Notes: generated from the letters alone by a model not told the origin. A stretch of 63,272 nucleotides of DNA from an uncultured Bacilli bacterium (GCA_947589515.1 CANQBE010000003.1:1-63272); one strand, 5' to 3'; shown: positions 49,268 through 58,690, counted from the stretch's first letter. A program made the numbers and translations.

Positions 49268-50941
49268 CTATCGTTTAATATCGATAATGACGGGTAGAAT
49301 GATTGGTCTTCTACCTGTTTTTTCTTCAATAAAAACAATTAAATCACTAATTAATTTACTTTTGATTTCATTGATGCCTTCTTTAGTATTTTCTAACTTT
49401 TCTTTAATAATTCTAAAAGCAATATCTTCAATCTGACTAATTAATTCTTCATTTTCATTCACTAAGATAAATCCACGAGTCGTAATATTTGGTCTAATTA
49501 GTAATGTTCTTTTCTCAAAATCAATGTTGGCAATTACCACTAATATTCCATCATTGGACATAATTTTTCTGTCTCTTAGTACAACGCTTCCAATTTCTCC
49601 AATACGATTTCCATCTACATAAATATCTTCACCAGGTACTTTTTCTTTGGATTTCGTAATGACATGATCTTTTAATAGTAAAATATCTCCATTTTCTAAG
49701 ACAAAAGTATTTTCTTTTGGAATACCACATTCTACACCAAGATTAGCATGTCTTTTTAACATACGATAATCACCATGGAATGGCATTAAATATTTTGGAT
49801 TAATTAAACGAATCATTAATTTTAATTCTTCTTGATTAGCATGTCCTGAAGTATGTAATTCACTTAAAGAAGTATTAGTAAATACTTTAACTCCTTTTAA
49901 ATATAGTTTATTAATAGTTCTAGCGATACTAACAGCGTTACCAGGAATTGGGCTAGATGAAAAAATAACGATATCATCAGGTCTTAATGAAATTTGTCTA
50001 AATGTTCCATCTGCCATTCTAGATAAAGCAGCAAGAGGTTCTCCTTGGCTTCCTGTACACAAGAAACATATTTCACTTGGTTTTAAGTCTTTTGCTTCTT
50101 CGGGAGTAATAATAATTTCTTTATGATTAATATATCCACCTTCAATAGATATTTTAATATTATTATCCATACTTCTACCAAATACGCATATTTTACGATT
50201 ATGTTTAAAGCAAGTTTCAACAATATGTTTTAAACGATAAATATTAGAAGCAAAAGTAGCAATAATAATTCTTTGTGAGGTATAAGTGTCAAAAATATCA
50301 GCAAGAGCATTATCTACTTTGGATTCACTAATAGACATTCCTTCATTTAAAGCATTGGTAGAATCACTAATTAATAAATCGACTCCTCTTTTACCAAGTT
50401 CTGCCATTTTATGTAAATCAGCCATTGGTCCAATTGGAGTTAAATCAAATTTAAAATCTCCTGTAGTTACCACACTACCATTGGGAGTTTTTAGGTAAAT
50501 TCCGTGAGAGTCGGGAATAGAATGGGTAGTTCTAAAAAATTCAATTTCGAAATGTTTAAACTTTAATATATCTTGATCCGTATAAGCAAATAAATGATCA
50601 TAGCGAATATTACGATCTTCTAATTTAATCGCAATTAATTCTTTTGCTTGCTTTGGAGCATAAATAGCTGGTATATTGACAGTCTGTAAAATAAAAGGAA
50701 TGGCTCCAATATGATCTTCATGACCATGGGTAATAATTAAAGCTTTAATTTTTTCTTCATTTTCTTTTAAAAAAGTATAATCTGGTAAGACATAGTCTAT
50801 TCCTAAAAGTTCTCCTTCTGGAAAACAAATTCCCGCATCAATAATAATAATTTCATCTTCATGCATTAAACAATACATGTTTTTTCCGACTTCTCCCAAT
50901 CCACCTAAAACAATAATTTTTGTTTCAGTGTTTGATTTCAT
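49268..50941 (-). CDS. rnj: Ribonuclease J
   Basis: LGGLGEVGKN, THGHEDHIG, THSIPD, GDFK, HTSGH. Confidence 0.97.
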   Translation of the reverse strand: MKSNTETKIIVLGGLGEVGKNMYCLMHEDEIIIIDAGICFPEGELLGIDYVLPDYTFLKENEEKIKALIITHGHEDHIGAIPFILQTVNIPAIYAPKQAKELIAIKLEDRNIRYDHLFAYTDQDILKFKHFEIEFFRTTHSIPDSHGIYLKTPNGSVVTTGDFKFDLTPIGPMADLHKMAELGKRGVDLLISDSTNALNEGMSISESKVDNALADIFDTYTSQRIIIATFASNIYRLKHIVETCFKHNRKICVFGRSMDNNIKISIEGGYINHKEIIITPEEAKDLKPSEICFLCTGSQGEPLAALSRMADGTFRQISLRPDDIVIFSSSPIPGNAVSIARTINKLYLKGVKVFTNTSLSELHTSGHANQEELKLMIRLINPKYLMPFHGDYRMLKRHANLGVECGIPKENTFVLENGDILLLKDHVITKSKEKVPGEDIYVDGNRIGEIGSVVLRDRKIMSNDGILVVIANIDFEKRTLLIRPNITTRGFILVNENEELISQIEDIAFRIIKEKLENTKEGINEIKSKLISDLIVFIEEKTGRRPIILPVIIDIKR

Positions 50942-51040
50942 TTATAAAATTTTCTCCTTTCTTAAGTTCATCATAAAAGAACTAACTGCTAAAAATTATA
51001 CTATTATTTTCTCATTTTGTCTATGGTTTTGATGGAAATA

Positions 51041-51069
51041 TTGTTTTTAGAAGGAATGAGTGGTATAAT
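51041..51069 (+). promoter_or_regulatory. sigmaA-type promoter of the 31-aa repeat gene
   Basis: TTGTTT-17 nt-TATAAT with extended -10 TG; AAGGAGG RBS downstream. Confidence 0.6.
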
Positions 51070-51100
51070 ATATCCCAATTAAAAAGGAGGGAATGTAATT

Positions 51101-53296
51101 ATGGTAACAAGTTTAGAATTAAAAGAAGTATTACAACATTATCTAAGTTTAGAACAAGTTAATTCCTTCCTAAATAAAAAAATCAATACTTTATGTAAAC
51201 GGGGAAATATTAATAATATTGATAAAATATTAAAAGTACTTCAAAAATACCAATTATTAAATTTGGTATTACTATGTCCAACTATATTAGTCCAAGGAAA
51301 CAGCCAGGAAATCAAAAATATTTTAAATTTATTAGAAAGTAAGGGTTTATTAGGATTAATAAACACTTGCCCAACTATATTAGCCCAAGGAAAAAGTCAA
51401 GAGATAGAAAAAATTTTAAAATTATTAGAAAGTAAGGGTTTATTAGGATTAATAAACACTTGTTCATCTATATTAGTTTTTGGAAACAGTCAAGAAATCA
51501 AAAATATTTTATGCTTGCTAGAAAGTAAAAATTTATTAGGATTAGTAAACACCTGTCCATATATATTAGCCCAAGGAAAAATTCAAGAGATAGAAAAAAT
51601 TTTAAAATTATTAGAAAGTAAGAATTTATTAGAACTAATCAATACTTGTCCATCTATATTAGCCAAAGGAAAAAGCAAGGAAATCAAAAATATTTTAAAC
51701 CTATTAGAAAGTAAAGGTTTATTAGGATTGGTAAACACCTGTCCAACTATATTAGCCCAAGGAAAAATTCAAGAGATAGAAAAAAATTTAAAATTATTAG
51801 AAAGTAAAAATTTATTAGGATTAGTAAATACTTGCCCAAGCATATTAGCTCAAGGAAAAAGTCAAGAAATCAAAAATATTTTAAGTTTATTAGAAAGTAA
51901 GAACTTATTAGGATTACTGAAAACTTGTCCAACTATATTAGTAAAGGGAAACAGCCAAGAAATCAAAAATATTTTAAACCTATTAGAAAGTAAAGGTTTA
52001 TTAGGATTGGTAAACACCTGTTCATCTATATTAGCCCAAGGAAAAATTCAAGAGATAGAAAAAATTTTAAAATTATTGGAAAGTAAGAATTTATTAGAAC
52101 TAATCAATACTTGTTCAACTATATTAGCTCAAGGAAACAGTCAAGAAATCAAAAATATTTTATGCTTGTTAGAAAGTAAGAACTTATTAGGATTACTGAA
52201 AACTTGTCCAACTATATTAGCAAAGGGAAACAGTCAAGAAATCAAAAATATTTTAAATTTATTAAATGATAAGAGTTTATTAGGATTAATTAATATTTGT
52301 CCATCTATATTAGCCCAAGGAAGAAGTCAAGAAATCGAAAAAATTTTAAATTTATTAGAAGGTAAGAACTTATTAGGATTAGTAAATATATATCCAACAA
52401 TATTAGCCCAAGGAAACAGCCAAGAAATCAAAAATATTTTAAGTTTATTAGAAAAATATAATATTGATTTAGAATTACTTTCACCATTTCCCTATTTGTT
52501 ACTTTCCTATTCTAAAGTAAGATCTATTTTAGAACATGATCGTAATCATTTAACAGAAGAAGAATTTTGGATGAATGTTAGAATCTATTTAAAAATAACC
52601 GATCATTATAATAAAATCTATAATCAGGAACAAATCATAGAATTATCTCAAATTTTAAAAATAGATACCAATCAATTATTAGAAAATATTATGGGAAAAA
52701 GTATTAATTTAAAAGAAGTACTTAAACAAAAGGGTTCTATTTGGATAGGGGATTATATTTCTTGTACGAAAGAACAGCTACAAGAAAATCAAATATTAAT
52801 TATAAAGATTACGGAAATGGTTACTAAAAGTTTTATCAAAAAACATAAAGATTTCAATATAGATTATTCTGATTTATATGATTATGTATTAGATATATTA
52901 ATCAATCGATGTGGTAATCTATTGATTAATACGACTTCAGAAGAAAATTTGAGAAAAGCGTTATATATATATCTAATGAAATACTGCTATCACATGATTT
53001 CAAATAGAAAGTATGTAGATTATGAAAAAATAAGTAACATTCAAAAATATAGTAGTCAAGATTTTTATCAAAGTAATTTTGTACAAAATTATTCCTTTTT
53101 AACAGAAGAGGAACAGTATTTTTTAGAGAAAATGTCTCAATATATAGAATTGGGTGGAGACTACATGAGATTATTAAAAGAAGAATGGAATTTAACAGAA
53201 GAAGAAATTCAAGAAAAAATGAAAACGATTAAAGAAAAAATATCTAGTAGCAATTATCTATCGGATATTGGTAAGAGCAAGTACTTAAAAAAGTAA
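51101..53296 (+). CDS. Protein with 13 tandem 31-aa helical repeats (mTERF/TALE-like) and a sigma-70-like C-terminus
   Basis: Repeat consensus LLGLVNTCPTILAQGNSQEIKNILNLLESKN (aa 52-454); aa ~557-637 and ~667-714 resemble sigma regions 2 and 4. Confidence 0.6.
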   Translation: MVTSLELKEVLQHYLSLEQVNSFLNKKINTLCKRGNINNIDKILKVLQKYQLLNLVLLCPTILVQGNSQEIKNILNLLESKGLLGLINTCPTILAQGKSQEIEKILKLLESKGLLGLINTCSSILVFGNSQEIKNILCLLESKNLLGLVNTCPYILAQGKIQEIEKILKLLESKNLLELINTCPSILAKGKSKEIKNILNLLESKGLLGLVNTCPTILAQGKIQEIEKNLKLLESKNLLGLVNTCPSILAQGKSQEIKNILSLLESKNLLGLLKTCPTILVKGNSQEIKNILNLLESKGLLGLVNTCSSILAQGKIQEIEKILKLLESKNLLELINTCSTILAQGNSQEIKNILCLLESKNLLGLLKTCPTILAKGNSQEIKNILNLLNDKSLLGLINICPSILAQGRSQEIEKILNLLEGKNLLGLVNIYPTILAQGNSQEIKNILSLLEKYNIDLELLSPFPYLLLSYSKVRSILEHDRNHLTEEEFWMNVRIYLKITDHYNKIYNQEQIIELSQILKIDTNQLLENIMGKSINLKEVLKQKGSIWIGDYISCTKEQLQENQILIIKITEMVTKSFIKKHKDFNIDYSDLYDYVLDILINRCGNLLINTTSEENLRKALYIYLMKYCYHMISNRKYVDYEKISNIQKYSSQDFYQSNFVQNYSFLTEEEQYFLEKMSQYIELGGDYMRLLKEEWNLTEEEIQEKMKTIKEKISSSNYLSDIGKSKYLKK
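51254..52462 (+). repeat. 13 x 93-bp coding tandem repeat
   Basis: 31-codon periodicity visible in both protein and DNA. Confidence 0.95.
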
Positions 53297-53307
53297 ATAT
53301 TTCAAGT

Positions 53308-53336
53308 TAAAAGACTAGGAAATAGTCTTTTTTTTT
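53308..53336 (+). terminator. Terminator after the repeat gene
   Basis: AAAAGACTA-GGAAA-TAGTCTTTTTTTT. Confidence 0.75.
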
Positions 53337-53367
53337 GATATAATCATCTTATGATACAGGAGGATTT

Positions 53368-54414
53368 ATGGGACTATTTAGTAAAATTAAAAATATTTTT
53401 GCAAAAGAAATAGAAGAAGAGAAGCAAACAGAGGTTACAACTACAGAAAATCAAGAAGAAACACAAGAAACTACTTCTGAAAGTATAAAGCCAGTTAAGA
53501 TTTATGAAAAAGGATTAACCAAAAGTAGAAAAGGATTTGTTTCTAATCTAATTTCTTTAACTTCTAAATATAATAAAATTAATGAAGATTACTTTGACGA
53601 ATTAGAAGAGATTTTAATTATGGCAGATATTGGAATCAATACGGTAATGAAATTTATGGATCGTTTAAAGGAACGTGTTCGAAAAGAAAAAATAGAAGAT
53701 CCTAACCTATTAAAAGAAGTGATAGTGGATGAATTATTTATTATCTATGTAGATGATGAAATCTTAGAAAGTAAAATTCACTTTAGTGAAAATTCTCCTA
53801 CGGTTCTATTATTTGTAGGGGTGAATGGAGTTGGAAAGACAACGACAATAGGAAAGCTTGCTTGGAAATTCAAAGAAGAAGGTAAAAAAGTACTATTAGT
53901 AGCAGGAGATACCTTTCGAGCAGGAGCAACGAAACAACTAGAGGAATGGAGCAAAAAAGTAGAGGTAGGATTTATAGGAAAAGAAGAAGGTGCTGATCCA
54001 GCGAGTGTGATTTATGATGGATTAGAAAAAGCCAAAAAAGAAAATTATGATGTAGTATTAATTGATACGGCAGGTAGACTACAAAATAAAGTAAATCTTA
54101 TGAAAGAATTAGAAAAAATCAATCGTGTCATTGGAACTCAAATACCAGATGCACCTCATGAGACCTTATTAATTATTGATGCAACAACCGGACAAAATGG
54201 AATTAGTCAGGCTAAAAGTTTTCAAGAAATCACTAATATCACAGGAATTGTGTTAACGAAACTAGATGGTACTGCCAAAGGTGGAATTGTCTTAGCTATT
54301 AAAGAAGAAATTAAAATTCCTGTCAAATTCATTGGTTTAGGAGAAACAAAAGATGACTTACAGCCATTTGATATTGAGTCTTATATCTATGGATTATTTA
54401 AAGATATGATGTAG
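53368..54414 (+). CDS. ftsY: SRP receptor FtsY
   Basis: GVNGVGKTTTIGK, DTFRAGA, DTAGRL, TKLDGTAKGG. Confidence 0.98.
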   Translation: MGLFSKIKNIFAKEIEEEKQTEVTTTENQEETQETTSESIKPVKIYEKGLTKSRKGFVSNLISLTSKYNKINEDYFDELEEILIMADIGINTVMKFMDRLKERVRKEKIEDPNLLKEVIVDELFIIYVDDEILESKIHFSENSPTVLLFVGVNGVGKTTTIGKLAWKFKEEGKKVLLVAGDTFRAGATKQLEEWSKKVEVGFIGKEEGADPASVIYDGLEKAKKENYDVVLIDTAGRLQNKVNLMKELEKINRVIGTQIPDAPHETLLIIDATTGQNGISQAKSFQEITNITGIVLTKLDGTAKGGIVLAIKEEIKIPVKFIGLGETKDDLQPFDIESYIYGLFKDMM

Positions 54415-54422
54415 GTGATGAT

Positions 54423-54713
54423 ATGAATAAGAAAATCTATTTAAACAATTTATATGACTACTATTCTTCCTTATTGACTGAAAAACAAAGAAAATATTAT
54501 GAATCGTATTATTTTCAAGATCTATCACTAGCAGAAATTGCTGAAAACCATCAAGTTAGTAGAAATGCCATTCATAATCAGATTAAAATTGTGGAAGAAA
54601 AATTAGAATTTTATGAAAAAACTTTAAAGTTATATCAAAAAGCAATCGAAATCAAGAAATTAATTCAAAATATGGACAATCAAACAAAGAAAAAAATAGA
54701 AGAATTATTATAA
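54423..54713 (+). CDS. ylxM: YlxM/p13 family protein
   Basis: LYDYYSSLLTEKQR.Y...YY..DLSLAEIAE...VSRNAI. Confidence 0.92.
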   Translation: MNKKIYLNNLYDYYSSLLTEKQRKYYESYYFQDLSLAEIAENHQVSRNAIHNQIKIVEEKLEFYEKTLKLYQKAIEIKKLIQNMDNQTKKKIEELL

Positions 54714-54737
54714 AAAAAGAAAAAGGGGTATCAGAGT

Positions 54738-56492
54738 ATGTTTGAAAAAATTACTTATATAGGGGATACAGAGGTTGATATTAAGTTAGCTACAACCAAC
54801 AATATGCAGTCAGATATTATGAATATGCCTATTGTGTTACAAGATCAAGAAAAATCAATTTTAGCAGAAATTAAGGATTTACATCCTGACTATGTCAAAG
54901 CAAAAATGTTAGGTGAATTGATAGATGGAAAATTTATTGGTGGAATCTTAAGAAAACCAAGTTTAAATTCTACCGTTCGTTCTCTAAATGAAAGTGAACT
55001 TACCTATATTGTAGGGGAAGAAGGCAAAGGAAAATTACTATTAGGAATTAGTCCCTTTTATAACTCTAAAAAAATTTTTGTAGATATGAATGAACTATTT
55101 AGTAAACATATCTGTATTTTTGGTAATACTGGTAGTGGTAAAAGTTGTGGAATTGCACGTATCATGCAAAATACCTTTGCAAATCCTAATTTTATTCCGT
55201 TTCGTTCTAACTTCTTTATCTTTGATTCTTCAGGTGAATACTATTCAGCTTTTTCTAAAATAAATGAAATCAACCCTAACTATCACTATCGTTTTATTAC
55301 TACCAATTTAAATAGTGGTAATGATAGTGAATTACTAAGAATTCCACTTTGGTTATTAAATGTAGATGATATGGCTTTATTATTATCTGCAACTACTCAT
55401 ACTCAACTTTCTATTATTGAAAAAATGTTAAGATTAGTAAAAATCTTTTCTCAATCTGATGATTCTGCCATCAACTATCAAAATCATTTGATTGCAAGTG
55501 CTATCATGACTATTCTTTATTCAAATCAAAGTGCTGCCAGTAAAAGAGATGAAATCTTCTCTATCTTTAATACCTGTTCTACAGATGCCTTTAACTTAAA
55601 TGCAACCGTGCAAGGAATTGGTTATACTAGAAAACTACAAGATTGTTTCTTAATCGATTCAACAGATGACTTTTCAGAAAGAGTTTTATTAACAGAGTAT
55701 GTGAATAAATTTATTAATCCAGAATTAAATCAATATGAACCAGATAAAACGAACTATTTTACGTTAGAGATGCTAGAAAAAGCTTTAAATTTTGCTCTTA
55801 TCAGTGAAGGATGGCTTAGAAATGAAAATGTATATGCCGATGCTATTACCTTAAAAGTAAAATTACATGAATTAGTAATTGGTCCTAACAGTAAATTTTT
55901 CGATTACAAAGAATATGTAAGATTAGATCAATTTATCAGTAATTTAATTATTAAAGATGGTAAAAAGTATCAAATCGTCAATATTAATTTAGAAGATGTA
56001 GATGATGGTTTTGCTAAGAGTGTTGTAAAAATTTTTACACGATTATTATTTGAATTATCTAAGAAAGTACAAAGAGGTAGTATTCCATTTAACATTTTAC
56101 TAGAAGAAGCCCATCGATATGTACAGAAAGATACTGATGAATTCTTGTTTGGATATAATATCTTCGATCGTGTTGCGAAAGAAGGAAGAAAATATGGTGT
56201 CATTATGTCATTAATCAGTCAAAGACCAGTAGATTTATCAGATACGGTAATTTCTCAGTGTTCTAATTTTATTATTTTTAAGATGAGTCACCCTAGAGAT
56301 ATTGAATATATTACGAAAATGATTCCTAATATTACAGAAGATACCATAGAAAAACAAAAGTCTCTTCAGGTTGGAAATTGTTTAGTATTTGGAACAGGGT
56401 TTAAGATTCCATTAATTGCGAGATTAGAAATGCCAAATCCAATGCCACAAAGTAGTAGTTGTAATGTGGTAGAAACTTGGACAAGTAATTAG
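54738..56492 (+). CDS. HerA/FtsK-family ATPase (DUF87)
   Basis: Walker A GNTGSGKS, Walker B ILLEEAHRY, KEGRKYG, SQRP. Confidence 0.9.
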   Translation: MFEKITYIGDTEVDIKLATTNNMQSDIMNMPIVLQDQEKSILAEIKDLHPDYVKAKMLGELIDGKFIGGILRKPSLNSTVRSLNESELTYIVGEEGKGKLLLGISPFYNSKKIFVDMNELFSKHICIFGNTGSGKSCGIARIMQNTFANPNFIPFRSNFFIFDSSGEYYSAFSKINEINPNYHYRFITTNLNSGNDSELLRIPLWLLNVDDMALLLSATTHTQLSIIEKMLRLVKIFSQSDDSAINYQNHLIASAIMTILYSNQSAASKRDEIFSIFNTCSTDAFNLNATVQGIGYTRKLQDCFLIDSTDDFSERVLLTEYVNKFINPELNQYEPDKTNYFTLEMLEKALNFALISEGWLRNENVYADAITLKVKLHELVIGPNSKFFDYKEYVRLDQFISNLIIKDGKKYQIVNINLEDVDDGFAKSVVKIFTRLLFELSKKVQRGSIPFNILLEEAHRYVQKDTDEFLFGYNIFDRVAKEGRKYGVIMSLISQRPVDLSDTVISQCSNFIIFKMSHPRDIEYITKMIPNITEDTIEKQKSLQVGNCLVFGTGFKIPLIARLEMPNPMPQSSSCNVVETWTSN

Positions 56493-56502
56493 GAGAATAA
56501 TA

Positions 56503-57294
56503 ATGAAAGATAGTCAAGAAATTTATCAAGATTTAGTAAATCAATATCATAATTTAAGTGATTTAGAAAAAAATGCTATTCTGATTTACCAATCAAAATT
56601 ATTTATCATTATAAATAAAATTAGTCAGATTCCATATTTTGATTATCTTTCAGCTATGGAAATAAAAAGCAAAATACCAGATGCAGAAGTTTATGAAAAC
56701 ATACTAGCAGAATATAATAAAATAGTAAATAATCCCCAAAATTATTTTATAAAATATTCGATTTTTAAAGATATTCATTTAAATAATTTTGTATCTTTTA
56801 TTGAAGATGTAAAACGAATCTTACAATTATTACGTCAGGCTGCTTCCACGATGATTTTAAATGATGACTTAGTTGTATATCGTGGAATGGCTACAGATAA
56901 GGAATCCATCAATTTTACGGAAGGTGGTATTTGCATATCTACTAGTATAAAATTAGATACTGCTTTTCAATTTATGAAAACTGATAATGTGAAACCAGTA
57001 AGACACTTATATCAAATAAAATTGAATAGTGGAACTCCATTGTTTGTTTCTCCCTATAGTATTGTAAAAGTGTATGATTCGGTTTTAGATACTATGATAC
57101 CAATTGATAATCAATCTTGTATTTTAAAAATCATGAATCGTGGTACTGAAGGGCAATATGAAATTACTCTTATAAAAGATATGATAGAATATCAAGAATT
57201 AAGTTGTGAAAAAATTGAAAAAAATGGTAAAGTCATATTTGTACATCATATAGAAGTATTTGAAAAGAAGAAAAGTAATCAAGTAAATCTTTAA
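56503..57294 (+). CDS. ADP-ribosyltransferase-like protein (R-S-E clade, VIP2/C3-like)
   Basis: LSDLEKNAILIY...IIN, VVYRG, ISTS, GQYEITL. Confidence 0.7.
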   Translation: MKDSQEIYQDLVNQYHNLSDLEKNAILIYQSKLFIIINKISQIPYFDYLSAMEIKSKIPDAEVYENILAEYNKIVNNPQNYFIKYSIFKDIHLNNFVSFIEDVKRILQLLRQAASTMILNDDLVVYRGMATDKESINFTEGGICISTSIKLDTAFQFMKTDNVKPVRHLYQIKLNSGTPLFVSPYSIVKVYDSVLDTMIPIDNQSCILKIMNRGTEGQYEITLIKDMIEYQELSCEKIEKNGKVIFVHHIEVFEKKKSNQVNL

Positions 57295-57299
57295 ATGAT

Positions 57300-57325
57300 A
57301 AAAACTAGTTTCTACTAGTTTTTTT
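57300..57325 (+). terminator. Terminator after the ART-like gene
   Basis: AAAACTAGT-TTCT-ACTAGTTTTTTT. Confidence 0.65.
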
Positions 57326-57369
57326 CTTGGATATTATGTATAATAGTAATAGTTTATAGGAGGGATAGT

Positions 57370-58677
57370 ATGTTTGAATCACTAGGAGATAGACTTCAAA
57401 ATGCTCTTCATAAGATAAAAGGCTATGGGAAAATTACCGAAGATAATATTTCGGATATGATGAGAGAAATTCGTCTTGCGTTATTAGAAGCAGATGTTAA
57501 CTACCAAGTAGTAAAAGAATTTACCAATACTGTAAAAGAAAAAGCACTAGGGGAAGAAGTACAGAAAAGTATTAAACCGGGAGAATTATTTGTTAAGATT
57601 GTCAAAGATGAATTAACAGAATTATTAGGTGGAGAAAGTAGTCCTTTAAATATCAGTGGAAATCCTGCTATTTTAATGTTAGTTGGTCTTCAAGGTTCTG
57701 GTAAAACAACCACCATCGGAAAATTAGCCAATTTTTTAAGAAAAAAACACAGCAAAAAACCATTATTAGTTGCTTGTGATGTCTATCGTCCTGCTGCGAT
57801 TGATCAATTAAAACAATTAGGAAAACAACTAGGAATTGAAGTATATGAAGAGGGAAAAAAAGATCCTGTAGAAATTAGTAAAAATGCGATTATTTATGCA
57901 AAAGAACATGGATATGATTATGTGTTAATCGATACAGCAGGTAGACTTCATATTGATTTAGAATTAATGGAAGAGTTACAAAACATCAATCAAGAAGTAA
58001 AACCACAAGAGGTATTATTAGTAATTGATTCTATGATGGGTCAAGATGCCATTCATGTTATTCAAGGATTTAATGAAAGTCTATCCTTAACAGGTGTGAT
58101 TCTAACCAAATTAGATGGAGATACCAGAGGTGGAGTTGCTTTATCAGTAAGACATTTGACGAATGTACCAATTAAATTTATTGGTGTTAGTGAAAAATTA
58201 GATGGTCTTGAAAATTTTGATCCAGAAAGAATGGCTGGCAGAATTTTAGGAATGGGAGATATTATTTCTCTAGTGGAAAAAGCAACGGAAGTTATTGATG
58301 AAGAGGAAGCCATGAGTGCTGCCAAAAAGATGCAATCTGGTAAATTTGATTTAGAGGATTTTCTAAAACAAATGAAACAAATCAAAAAATTGGGGCCTTT
58401 GGAAAATTTAATTAAAATGTTACCAGGTGCTAAAAAAATGGGATTAACCAATGTTAATATTGATCCAAAACAGATGGCACATGTAGAAGCTATTATTCTA
58501 TCGATGACACCAAAAGAAAGAAGAAATCCAGATATTATCAAAGCAAGTCGTAAAACTAGAATTGCCAAAGGTTGTGGTCTTTCTGTTCAAGAAGTGAATA
58601 AACTTTTAATGCAGTTTGAAGAAATGAAAAAAATGATGAAACAAATGACAAGCGGTAATTTTAAAATGCCATTTTAA
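57370..58677 (+). CDS. ffh: Signal recognition particle protein Ffh
   Basis: GLQGSGKTTT, DVYRPAA, DTAGR, TKLDGD.RGG and Met-rich M domain. Confidence 0.98.
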   Translation: MFESLGDRLQNALHKIKGYGKITEDNISDMMREIRLALLEADVNYQVVKEFTNTVKEKALGEEVQKSIKPGELFVKIVKDELTELLGGESSPLNISGNPAILMLVGLQGSGKTTTIGKLANFLRKKHSKKPLLVACDVYRPAAIDQLKQLGKQLGIEVYEEGKKDPVEISKNAIIYAKEHGYDYVLIDTAGRLHIDLELMEELQNINQEVKPQEVLLVIDSMMGQDAIHVIQGFNESLSLTGVILTKLDGDTRGGVALSVRHLTNVPIKFIGVSEKLDGLENFDPERMAGRILGMGDIISLVEKATEVIDEEEAMSAAKKMQSGKFDLEDFLKQMKQIKKLGPLENLIKMLPGAKKMGLTNVNIDPKQMAHVEAIILSMTPKERRNPDIIKASRKTRIAKGCGLSVQEVNKLLMQFEEMKKMMKQMTSGNFKMPF

Positions 58678-58690
58678 GGGGAATAAAATA

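Noticed and set aside
51254-52462. Leucine-rich repeat or ankyrin assignment for the 31-aa repeats
   Set aside because: No LxxLxLxxN beta-strand pattern and no ankyrin TPLH/G-x-D motif; the two-helix P-IL...L..L..G pattern fits mTERF/TALE-type repeats better, pending a profile search.
54738-56492. HerA-NurA repair pair or Sir2-HerA (Nezha-type) system
   Set aside because: No NurA or Sir2 gene is adjacent; the downstream gene has ART motifs instead.
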